From: Owenia fusiformis | Taxonomy: Eukaryota | Length of the DNA: 64,000 bases | Direction of reading: 5' to 3' | Assembly (NCBI GenBank): GCA_903813345.2 | Contig: CAIIXF020000001.1 | Coordinates: forward strand, 25,420,001 to 25,484,000 | In this document: in pieces, positions 36,366-48,300 of the stretch | Numbering within the stretch: the first letter of the stretch is position 1 | Layout of the letters: each line of letters starts with the position of its first letter | Made by a program: the position numbers and the translations under genes | The notes under the pieces: model-generated | Seen by the model: only the letters and a program-made list of their open reading frames with translations | Databases searched by the model: none | What the model was told of the DNA's origin: nothing

Positions 36366-39300
36366 GAGAATGGTAAATCCACCGAAGATGGGAACTGAAC
36401 AGCGAATGGACCAGTTGGAATAGGATATGATTCTGGATTCCATTCAATGGATGAGTCTGATGATTCTGTGGTACTCTCGTATTCAGAATATCCACCACTT
36501 TCTTCCCAACTGTGATAAAAATTTTCGTATATTATAACTTCTTCATTTTCGTGCTTTCGTCTCTTTCTGATAAAGAATATACATACACCACAGCATAATG
36601 ATGCAAATATGAAAATGCCACCACCGGCTGCAACTGTACTTGTTATAACGACACCAGCAAATTCATCCGTTATACCAGCATCAGGTGAATCAGGAAACTC
36701 TACTGCTGTAGTAGTATTAGCAGCTGTTGTCGGCACACTAGAAGTTATATCAAGAACTGTTGTCGTATTCACTGTACTTCCATTATCAACTGTATTTGAA
36801 GCGTCGGCCGTTGTAGTATTTACCACTGTAGTAGTGTCAGTAACTGTTGATTTAGTATCAGCGGTAGTTGCATCAGCAGCTGTTGTTGTAGCATCAGCTG
36901 CAGTTGTGTCAGCCACTGTAGTTGTAGCATCAGCTGCTGTAGTATCTGCCGTAGTTGGGTCAGCCACTGAAGTTGTGTCAGCTACTGTTGTTTTAACATC
37001 AGCCGTTGTTGCATCAGCAACTGTTTTTGTAGCATCAGCTGTAGTTGTGTCAGCCACTGTACTTGTAGCATCAGCTGCAGTAGTATCTGCCGTAGTTGCG
37101 TCAGCCATTGTAGTTGTGTCAACAACTGTTGTTGTAACATCAGCTGTAGTGGTGTCAGCCACTGTACTTGTAGCATCAGCTGCTGTAGTATCTGCCGTAG
37201 TTGCGTCAGCCACTGAAGTTGTGTCAGCTACTGTTGTTTTAACATCAGCCGTTGTTGCATCAGCAACTGTTGTTGTAGCATCAGCTGTAGTTGTGTCAGC
37301 CACTGTACTTGTAGCATCAGCTGCTGTATTATCTGCCGTAGTTGCGTCAGCCACTGTAATTGTGGCAGCTACTGTTGTTGTAACATCAGCCGTTGTTGCA
37401 TCAGCAACGGTTGTTGTAGCATCAGCTGTAGTTGTGTCAGCCACTGTAGTTGTAGCATCAGCTGCTGTATTATCTGCCGTAGTTGCATCAGCCACTGTAG
37501 TTGTGGCAGCTACTGTTGTTGTAACATCAGCCATTGTTGCATCAGCAACTGTTGTTGTAGCATCAGCTGTAGTTGTGTCAGCCTCTGTAGTTGTAGCATC
37601 AGCTGCTGTATTATCTGCCGTAGTTGCGTCAGCCACTGTAGTTGTGTCAGCAACTGTTGTTGTAACATCAGCCGTTGTTGCATCAGCAACGGTTGTTGTA
37701 GCATCAGCTGTAGTTGTGTCAGCCACTGTACTTGTAGCATCAGCTGCTGTAGTATCTGCCGTAGTTGCGTCAGCCACTGTAGTTGTGTCAGCAACTGCTG
37801 TTGTAACATCAGCCGTTGTTGCATCAGCAACTGTAGTTGTAGCATCAGCTGCAGTTGTGTCAGCCACTGTAGTTGTAGCATCAGCTGCTGTAGTATCTGC
37901 CGTAGTTGCGTCAGCCACTGTAGTTGTGTCAGCTACTGTTGTTGTAACATCAGCCGTTGTTGCATCAGCAACTGTTGTTGTAGCATCAGCTGTAGTTGTG
38001 TCAGCCACTGTACTTGTAGCATCAGCTGCTGTAGTATCTGCCGTAGTTGCGTCAGCCACTGTAGTTGTGTCAGCAACTGCTGTTGTAACATCAGCCGTTG
38101 TTGCATCAGCAACTGTTGCTGTAGCATCAGCTGCAGTTGTGTCAGCCACTGTAGTTGTAGCATCAGCTGCTGTAGTATCTGCCGTAGTTGCGTCAGCCAC
38201 TGTAGTTGTGTCAGCTACTGTTGTTGTAACATCAGCCGTTGTTGCATCAGCAACTGTTGTTGTAGCATCAGCTGTAGTTGTGTCAGCCACTGTAGTTCTA
38301 GCATCAGCTGCTGTAGTATCTGCCGTAGTTGCGTCAGCCACTGTAGTTGTGTCAACAACTGCTGTTGTAACATCAGCCGTTGTTGCATCAGCAACTGTTG
38401 TTGTAGCATCAGCTGCTGTAGTATCTGCTGTAGTTGTGTCAGCTACTGTTGTTGTAACATCAGCCGTTGTTGCATCAGCAACTGTTGTTGTAGCATCAGT
38501 TGTAGTTGTGTCAGCCACTGTACTTGTAGCATCAGCTGCTGCTGTAGTATCTGCCGTGGTTGCGTCAGCCACTGTAGTTGTGTCAGCAACTGCTGTTGTA
38601 ACATCAGCCGTTGTTGCATCAGCTACTGTACTTGTAACATCAGCCGTTGTTGCGTCAGCCACTGTAGTTGTGTCAGCAACTGCTGTTGTAACATCAGCCG
38701 TTGTTGCATCAGCAACTGTTGTTGTAGCATCAGCTGTAGTTGTGTCAGCCACTGTACTTGTAGCATCAGCTGCTGTAGTATCTGCCGTAGTTGCATCAGC
38801 CACTGTAGTGGTGTCAGCAACTGCTGTTGTAACATCAGCCGTTGTTGCATCAGCAACTGTTGTTTTAGCATCAGCTGCAGTTGTGTCAGCCACTGTAGTT
38901 GAAGCATCAGCTGCTGTAGTATCTGCCGTAGTTGCGTCAGCCACTGTAGTCGTGTCAGCTACTGTTGTTGTAACATCAGCCGTTGTTGCATCAGCAACTG
39001 TTGCTGTAGCATCAGCTGTAGTTGTGTCAGCCACTGTACTTGTAACATCAGCTGCTGTAGTATCTGCCGTTGTTGTGTCAGCCACTGTAGTTGTGTCAGC
39101 AACTGCTGTTGTAACATCAGCCGTTGTTGCATCAGCAACTGTTGTTGTAGCATCAGCTGCAGTTGTGTCAGCCACTGTAGTTGTGTCAGCTACTTTTGTT
39201 GTAACATCAGCCGTTGTTGCATCAGCAACTGTTGTTGTAGCATCAGCTGCAGTTGTGTCAGCCACTGTAGTTGTAGCATCAGCTGCTGTAGTATCTGCCG

Positions 39301-42300
39301 TAGTTGCGTCAGCCACTGTAGTGGTGTCAGCAACTGATGTTGTAACATCAGCCGTTGTTGCATCAGCAACTGTTGTTGTAGCATCAGCTGCAGTTGTGTC
39401 AGCCACTGTAGTTGTAGCATCAGCTGCTGTAGTATCTGCCGTAGATGCGTCAGCCACTGTAGTTGTGTCAGCAACTGCTGTTGTAACATCAGCCGTAGTT
39501 GTGTCTGCAGTTGTAGCATCAGCTGCAGTTGTGTCAGCCACTGTAGTTGTAGCATCAGCTGCTGTAGTATCTTCGGTTGTTGCGTCAGCCACTGTAGTTG
39601 TGTCAGCTACTGTTGTTGTAACATCAGCCGTTGTTGCATCAGCAACTGTTGTTGTAGCATCAGCTACAGTTGTGTCAGCCACTGAAGTTGTAGCATCAGC
39701 TGCTGTAGTATCTGCCGTAGTTGCGTCAGCCACTGTAGTTGTGTCAGCTACTGTTGTTGTAACATCAGCCGTTGTTGCATCAGCAACTGTTGTTGTAGCA
39801 TCAGCTGTAGTTGTGTCAGCCACTGTACTTGTAGCATCAGCTGCTGTAGTATCTGCCGTAGTTGCGTCAGCCACTGTTGTTGTAGCATCAGCTGTAGTTG
39901 TGTCAGCCACTGTAGTTGTGTCAGCTACTGTTGTTGTAACATCAGCCGTTGTTGCATCAGCAACTGTTGTTGTAGCATCAGCTACAGTTGTGTCAGCCAC
40001 TGAAGTTGTAGCATCAGCTGCTGTAGTATCTGCCGTAGTTGCGTCAGCCACTGTAGTTGTGTCAGCTACTGTTGTTGTAACATCAGCCGTTGTTGCATCA
40101 GCAACTGTTGTTGTAGCATCAGCTGTAGTTGTGTCAGCCACTGTACTTGTAGCATCAGCTGCTGTAGTATCTGCCGTTGTTGCATCAGCAACTGTTGTTG
40201 TAGCATCAGCTGTAGTTGTGTCAGCCACTGTAGTTGTAGCATCAGCTGCTGTAGTATCTGCCGTAGTTGCGTCAGCCACTGTAGTTGTGTCAGGTACTGT
40301 TGTTGTAACATCAGCCTTTGTTGGATCAGCAACTGTTGTTGTAGCATCAGCTGTAGTTGTGTCAGCCACTGTACTTGTAGCATCAGCTGCTGTAGTATCT
40401 GCCGTAGTTGCGTCAGCCACTGTAGCTGTGTCAGCAACTGCTGTTGTAACATCAGCCGTTGTTGCATCAGCAACTGTTGTTGTAGCATCAGCTGCAGTTG
40501 TGTCAGCCACTGTAGTTGTAGCATCAGCTGCTGTAGTATCTGCCGTAGTTGCGTCAGCCACTGTAGTTGTGTCAGGTACTGTTGTTGTTACATCAGCCGT
40601 TGTTGCATCAGCAACTGTTGTTGCAGCATCAGCTGTAGTTGTGTCAGCCACTGTACTTGTAGCATCAGCTGCTGTAGTATCTGCCGTAGTTGCGTCAGCC
40701 ACTGTAGTTGTGTCAGCAACTGCTGTTGTAACATCAGCCGTTGTTGCATCAGCAACTGTTGTTGTAGCATCAGCTGCAGTTGTGTCAGCCACTGTGGTTG
40801 TAGCATCAGCTGCTGTAGTATCTGCCGTAGTTGCGTCAGCCACTGTAGTTGTGTCAGCTACTGTTGTTGTAACATCAGCCGTTGTTGCATCAGCAACTGT
40901 TGTTGTAGCATCAGCTGTAGTTGTGTCAGCCACTGTACTTGTAGCATCAGCTGCTGTAGTATCTGCCGTAGTTGCGTCAGCCACTGAAGTTGTGTCAGCA
41001 ACTGCTGTTGTAACATCAGCCGTTGTTGCATCAGCAACTGTTGTTGTAGCATCAGCTGCAGTTGCGTCAGCCACTGTAGTTGTAGCATCAGCTGCTGTAG
41101 TATCTGCCGTAGTTGCGTCAGCCACTGTAGTTGTAGCATCAGCTGTAGTTGTGTCAGCCACTGTACTTGTAGCATCAGCTGCTGTAGTATCTGCCGTAGT
41201 TGCGTCAGCCACTGTAGTTGTGTCAGCAACTGCTGTTGTAACATCAGCCGTTGTTGCATCAGCAACTGTAGTTGTAGCATCAGCTGCTGTAGTATCAGCC
41301 GTTGTTGCATCAGCAACTGTTGTTGTAGCATCAGCTGTAGTTGTGTCAGCCACTGTACTTGTAGCATCAGCTGCTGTAGTATCTGCCGTAGTTGCGTCAG
41401 CCACTGTAGTTGTGTCAGCAACTGCTGTTGTAACATCAGCCGTTGTTGCATCAGCAACTGTTGTTGTAGCATCAGCTGCAGTTGTGTCAGCCACTGTGGT
41501 TGTAGCATCAGCTGCTGTAGTATCTGCCGTAGTTGCGTCAGCCACTGTAGTTGTGTCAGCTACTGTTGTTGTAACATCAGCCGTTGTTGCATCAGCAACT
41601 GTTGTTGTAGCATCAGCTGTAGTTGTGTCAGCCACTGTACTTGTAGCATCAGCTGCTGTAGTATCTGCCGTAGTTGCGTCAGCCACTGAAGTTGTGTCAG
41701 CAACTGCTGTTGTAACATCAGCCGTTGTTGCATCAGCAACTGTTGTTGTAGCATCAGCTGCAGTTGCGTCAGCCACTGTAGTTGTAGCATCAGCTGCTGT
41801 AGTATCTGCCGTAGTTGCGTCAGCCACTGTAGTTGTATCAGCTACTGTTGTTGTAACATGAGCCGTTGTTGCATCAGAAACTGCTGTTGTAGCATCAGCT
41901 GTAGTTGTGTCAGCCACTGTAGTTGTAGCATCAGCTGCTGTAGTATCTGCCGTAGTTGCGTCAGCCACTGTAGTTGTGTCAGCTACTGTTGTTGTAACAT
42001 CAGCCGTTGTTGCATCAGCAACTGTTGTTGTAGCATCAGCTGTAGTTGTGTCAGCCACTGTACTTGTAGCATCAGCTGCTGTAGTATCTGCCGTAGTTGC
42101 GTCAGCCACTGTAGTTGTGTCAGCAACTGCTGTTGTAACATCAGCCGTTGTTGCTGTAGTATCTGCCGTAGTTGCGTCAGCCACTGTAGTTGTGTCAGCT
42201 ACTGTTGTTGTAACATCAGCCGTTGTTGCATCAGCAACTGTTGTTGTAGCATCAGCTGTAGTTGTGTCAGCCACTGTAGTTGTAGCATCAGCTGCTGTAG

Positions 42301-45300
42301 TATCTGCCGTAGTTGCGTCAGCCACTGTAGTTGTGTCAGCTACTGTTGTTGTAACATCAGCCTTTGTTGCATCAGCAACTGTTATTGTAGCATCAGCTGT
42401 AGTTGTGTCAGCCACTGTACTTGTAGCATCAGCTGTTGTAGTATCTGCCGTAGTTGCGTCAGCCACTGTAGTTGTGTCAGCAACTGCTGTTGTAACATCA
42501 GCCGTTGTTGCATCAGCAACTGTTGTTGTAGCATCAGCTGCAGTTGTGTCAGCCACTGTAGTTGTAGCATCAGCTGCTGTAGTATCTTCGGTTGTTGCGT
42601 CAGCCACTGTAGTTGTGTCAGCAACTGCTGTTGTAACATCAGCCGTTGTTGCATCAGCAACTGTTGTTGTAGCATCAGCTGCAGTTGTGTCAGCCACTGT
42701 AGTTGTAGCATCAGCTGCTGTAGTATCTGCCGTAGTTGCGTCAGCCACTGTAGTTGTGTCAGCAACTGCTGTTGTAACATCAGCCGTTGTTGCATCAGCA
42801 ACTGTTGTTGTAGCATCAGCTGCAGTTGTGTCAGCCACTGTAGTTGTAGCATCAGCTGCTGTAGTATCTGCCGTAGTTGCGTCAGCCACTGTAGTTGTGT
42901 CAGCAACTGCTGTTGTAACATCAACCGTTGTTGCATCAGCAACTGTTGTTGTAGCATCAGCTGCACTTGTGTCAGCCACTGTAGTTGTAGCATCAGCTGC
43001 TGTAGTATCTGCCGTAGTTGCGTCAGCCACTGTAGTTGTGTCAGCTACTGCTGTTGTAACATCAGTTGCGTCAGCCACTGTAGTTGTGTCAGCAACTGCT
43101 GTTGTAACATCAGCCGTTGTTGCATCAGCAACTGTTGTTGTAGCATCAGCTGCAGTTGTGTCAGCCACTGTAGTTGTAGCATCAGCTGCTGTAGTATCTG
43201 CCGTAGTTGCGTCAGCCACTGTACTTGTGTCAGCTACTGTTGTTGTTACATCAGCCGTTGTTGCATCAGCAACTGTTGTTGTAGCATCAGCTGTAGTTGT
43301 GTCAGCCACTGTACTTGTAGCATCAGCTGCTGTAGTATCTGCCGTAGTTGCGTCAGCCACTGTAGTTGTGTCAGCAACTGCTGTTGTAACATCAGCCGTT
43401 GTTGCATCAGCAACTGTTGTTGTACCATCAGCTGCAGTTGTGTCAGCCACTGTAGTTGTAGCATCAGCTGCTGTAGTATCTGCCGTAGTTGCGTCAGCCA
43501 CTGTAGTTGTGTCAGCTACCGTTGTTGTAACATCAGCCGTTGTTGCATCAGAAACTGTTGTTGTAGCATCAGCTGTAGTTGTGTCAGCCACTGTACTTGT
43601 AGCATCAGCTGCTGTAGCATCTGCCGTAGTTGCGTCAGCCACTGTAGTTGTGTCAACAACTGCTGTTTTAACATCAGCCGTTGATGCATCAGCAACTGTT
43701 GTTGTAGCATCAGCTGCAGTTGTGTCAGCCACTGTAGTTGTAGCATCAGCTGCTGTAGTATCTGCCGTAGTTGCGTCAGCCACTGTAGTTGTGTCAGCTA
43801 CTGTTGTTGTAACATCAGCCGTTGTTGCATCAGCAACTGTTGTTGTAGCATCAGCTACAGTTGTGTCAGCCACTGAAGTTGTAGCATCAGCTGCTGTAGT
43901 ATCTGCCGTAGTTGCGTCAGCCACTGTAGTTGTGTCAGCAACTGCTGTTGTAACATCAGCCGTTGTTGCATCAGCAACTGTTGTTGTAGCATCAGCTGCA
44001 GTTGTGTCAGCCACTGTGGTTGTAGCATCAGCTGCTGTAGTATCTGCCGTAGTTGCGTCAGCCACTGTAGTTGTGTCAGCTACCGTTAGTGTAACATCAG
44101 CCGTTGTTGCATCAGCAACTGTTGTTGTAGCATCAGCTGCAGTTGTGTCAGCCACTGTAGTTGTAGCATCAGCTGCTGTAGTATCTGCCGTAGTTGCGTC
44201 AGCCACTGTAGTTGTGTCAGCTACTGTTGTTGTAACATCAGCCGTTGTTGCATCAGCAACTGTTGTTGTAGTATCAGCTGTAGTTGTGTCAGCCACTGTA
44301 CTTGTAGCATCAGCTGCTGTAGTATCTGCCGTAGTTGCGTCAGCCACTGTAGTTGTGTCAGCAACTGCTGTTGTAACATCAGCCGTTGTTGCATCAGCAA
44401 CTGTTGTTGTAGCATCAGCTGCATTTGTGTCAGCCACTGTAGTTGTAGCATCAGCTGCTGTAGTATCTGCCGTAGTTGCGTCAGCCACTGTAGTTGTGTC
44501 AGCTACTGTTGTTGTAACATCAGCCGCTGTTGCATCAGCAACTGTTGTTGTAGCATCAGCTGTAGTTGTGTCAGCCACTGTAGTTGTAGCATCAGCTGCT
44601 GTAGTATCTGCCGTAGTTGCGTCAGCCACTGTAGTTGTGTCAGCTACCGTTAGTGTAACATCAGCCGTTGTTGCATCAGCAACTGTTGTTGTAGCATCAG
44701 CTGCAGCTGTGTCAGCCACTGTAGTTGTAGCATCAGCTGCTGAAGTATCTGCCGTAGTTGCGTCAGCCACTGTAGTTGTGTCAGAAACTGCTGTTGTAAC
44801 ATCAGCCGTTGTTGCATCAGCAACTGTTGTTGTAGCATCAGCTGCACTTGTGTCAGCCACTGTAGTTGTAGCATCAGCTGCTGTAGTATCTGCCGTAGTT
44901 GCGTCAGCCACTGTAGTTGTGTCAGCTACTGTTGTTGTAACATCAGCCGTTGTTGCATCAGCAACTGTTGTTATAGCATCAGCTGCAGTTGTGTCAGCCA
45001 CTGTAGTTGTAGCATCAGCTGCTGTAGTATCTGCCGTAGTTGCGTCAGCCACTGTAGTTGTGTCAGCAACTGCTGTTGTAACATCAGCCGTTGTTGCATC
45101 AGCAACTGTTGTTGTAGCATCAGCTGCAGTTGTGTCAGCCACTGTAGTTGTTGCATCAGCTGCTGTAGTATCTGCCGTAGTTGCGTCAGCCACTGTAGTT
45201 GTGTCAGCAACTGCTGTTGTAACATCAGCCGTTGTTGCATCAGCAACTGTTGTTGTAGCATCAGCTGCAGTTGTGTCAGCCACTGTAGTTGTAGCATCAG

Positions 45301-48300
45301 CTGCTGTAGTATCTGCCGTAGTTGCGTCAGCCACTGTAGTTGTGTCAGCTACTGCTGTTGTAACATCAGCTGCTGTTGCATCAACAACTGTTGTTGTAGC
45401 ATCAGCTGCAGTTGTGTCAGCCACTGTAGTTGTAGCACCAGCTGCTGTAGTATCTGCCGTTGTTGCATCAGCAACTGTTGTTGTAGCATCAGCTGCAGTT
45501 GTGTCAGCCACTGTAGTTGTAGCATCAGCTGCTGTAGTATCTGCCGTAGCTGCGTCAGCCACTGTAGTTGTGTCAGCTACTGTTGTTGTAACATCAGCCG
45601 TTGTTGCATCAGCAACTGTTGTTGTAGCATCAGCTGTAGTTGTGTCAGCCACTGTACTTGTAGCATCAGCTGCTGTAATATCTGCCGTAGTTGCGTCAGC
45701 CACTGTAGTTGTGTCAGCTACTGTTGTTGTAACATCAGCCGTTGTAACATCAGAAACTGTTGTTGTAGCATCAGCTGTAGTTGTGTCAGCCACTGTATTT
45801 GTAGCATCAGCTGCTGTAGTATCTGCCGTAGTTGCGTCAGCCACTGTAGTTGTGTCAGCAACTGCTGTTTTAACATCAGCCGTTGTTGCATCAGCAACTG
45901 TTGTTGTAGCATCAGCTGCAGTTGTGTCAGCCACTGTAGTTGTAGCATCAGCTGCTGTAGTATCTTCGGTAGTTGCGTCAGCCACTGTAGTTGTGTCAGC
46001 TACTGTTGTTGTAACATCAGCCGTTGTTGCATCAGCAACTGTTGTTGTAGCATCAGCTGCAGTTGGGTCAGCCACTGTAGTTGTAGCATCAGCTGCTGTA
46101 GTATCTGCCGTAGTTGCGTCAGCCACTGTAGTTGTGTCAGCTACTGTTGTTCTAACATCAGCCGCTGTTGCATCAGCAACTGTTGTTGTAGCATCAGCTG
46201 CAGTTGTGTCAGCCACTGTAGTTGTAGCATCAGCTGTTGTAGTATCTGCCGTAGTTGCGTCAGCCACTGTAGTTGTGTCAGCTACCGTTAGTGTAACATC
46301 AGCCGTTGTTGCATCAGCAACTGTTGTTGTAGCATCAGCTGCAGCTGTGTCAGCCACTGTAGTTGTAGCATCAGCTGCTGAAGTATCTGCCGTAGTTGCG
46401 TCAGCCACTGTAGTTGTGTCAGAAACTGCTGTTGTAACATCAGCCGTTGTTGCATCAGCAACTGTTGTTGTAGCATCAGCTGCACTTGTGTCAGCCACTG
46501 TAGTTGTAGCATCAGCTGCTGTAGTATCTGCCGTAGTTGCGTCAGCCACTGTAGTTGTGTCAGCTACTGTTGTTGTAACATCAGCCGTTGTTGCATCAGC
46601 AACTGTTGTTGTAGCATCAGCTGCAGTTGTGTCAGCCACTGTAGTTGTAGCATCAGCTGCTGTAGTATCTGCCGTAGTTGCGTCAGCCACTGTAGTTGTG
46701 TCAGCAACTGCTGTTGTAACATCAGCCGTTGTTGCATCAGCAACTGTTGTTGTAGCATCAGCTGCAGTTGTGTCAGCCACTGTAGTTGTAGCATCAGCTG
46801 CTGTAGTATCTGCCGTAGTTGCGTCAGCCACTGTAGTTGTGTCAGCAACTGCTGTTGTAACATCAGCCGTTGTTGCATCAGCAACTGTTGTTGTAGCATC
46901 AGCTGCAGTTGTGTCAGCCACTGTAGTTGTTGCATCAGCTACTGTAGTATCTGCCGTAGTTGCGTCAGCCACTGTAGTTGTGTCAGCAACTGCTGTAGTA
47001 ACATCAGCCGTTGTTGCATCAGCAACTGTTGTTGTAGCATCAGCTGCAGTTGTGTCAGCCACTGTAGTTGTAGCATCAGCTGCTGCAGTATCTGCCGTAG
47101 TTGCGTCAGCCACTGTAGTTGTGTCAGCTACTGCTTTTGTAACATCAGTTGCGTCAGCCACTGTAGTTGTGTCAGCAACTGCTGTTGTAACATCAGCCGT
47201 TGTTGCATCAGCAACTGTTGTTGTAGCATCAGCTGCAGTTGTGTCAGCCACTGTAGTTGTAGCATCAGCTGCTGTAGTATCTGCCGTAGCTGCGTCAGCC
47301 ACTGTAGTTGTGTCAGCTACTGTTGTTGTAACATCAGCCGTTGTTGCATCAGCAACTGTTGTTGTAGCATCAGCTGTAGTTGTGTCAGCCACTGTACTTG
47401 TAGCATCAGCTGCTGTAGTATCTTCGGTAGTTGCGTCAGCCACTGTAGTTGTGTCAGCTACTGTTGTTGTAACATCAGCCGTTGTTGCATCAGCAACTGT
47501 TGTTGTAGCATCAGCTGCAGTTGGGTCAGCCACTGTAGTTGTAGCATCAGCTGCTGTAGTATCTGCCGTAGTTGCGTCAGCCACTGTAGTTGTGTCAGCT
47601 ACTGTTGTTCTAACATCAGCCGCTGTTGCATCAGCAACTGTTGTTGTAGCATCAGCTGCTGAAGTATCTGCCGTAGTTGCGTCAGCCACTGTAGTTGTGT
47701 CAGAAACTGCTGTTGTAACATCAGCCGTTGTTGCATCAGCAACTGTTGTTGTAGCATCAGCTGCACTTGTGTCAGCCACTGTAGTTGTAGCATCAGCTGC
47801 TGTAGTATCTGCCGTAGTTGCGTCAGCCACTGTAGTTGTGTCAGCTACTGTTGTTGTAACATCAGCCGTTGTTGCATCAGCAACTGTTGTTGTAGCATCA
47901 GCTGCAGTTGTGTCAGCCACTGTAGTTGTAGCATCAGCTGCTGTAGTATCTGCCGTAGTTGCGTCAGCCACTGTAGTTGTGTCAGCAACTGCTGTTGTAA
48001 CATCAGCCGTTGTTGCATCAGCAACTGTTGTTGTAGCATCAGCTGCAGTTGTGTCAGCCACTGTAGTTGTAGCATCAGCTGCTGTAGTATCTGCCGTAGT
48101 TGCGTCAGCCACTGTAGTTGTGTCAGCAACTGCTGTTGTAACATCAGCCGTTGTTGCATCAGCAACTGTTGTTGTAGCATCAGCTGCAGTTGTGTCAGCC
48201 ACTGTAGTTGTTGCATCAGCTACTGTAGTATCTGCCGTAGTTGCGTCAGCCACTGTAGTTGTGTCAGCAACTGCTGTAGTAACATCAGCCGTTGTTGCAT

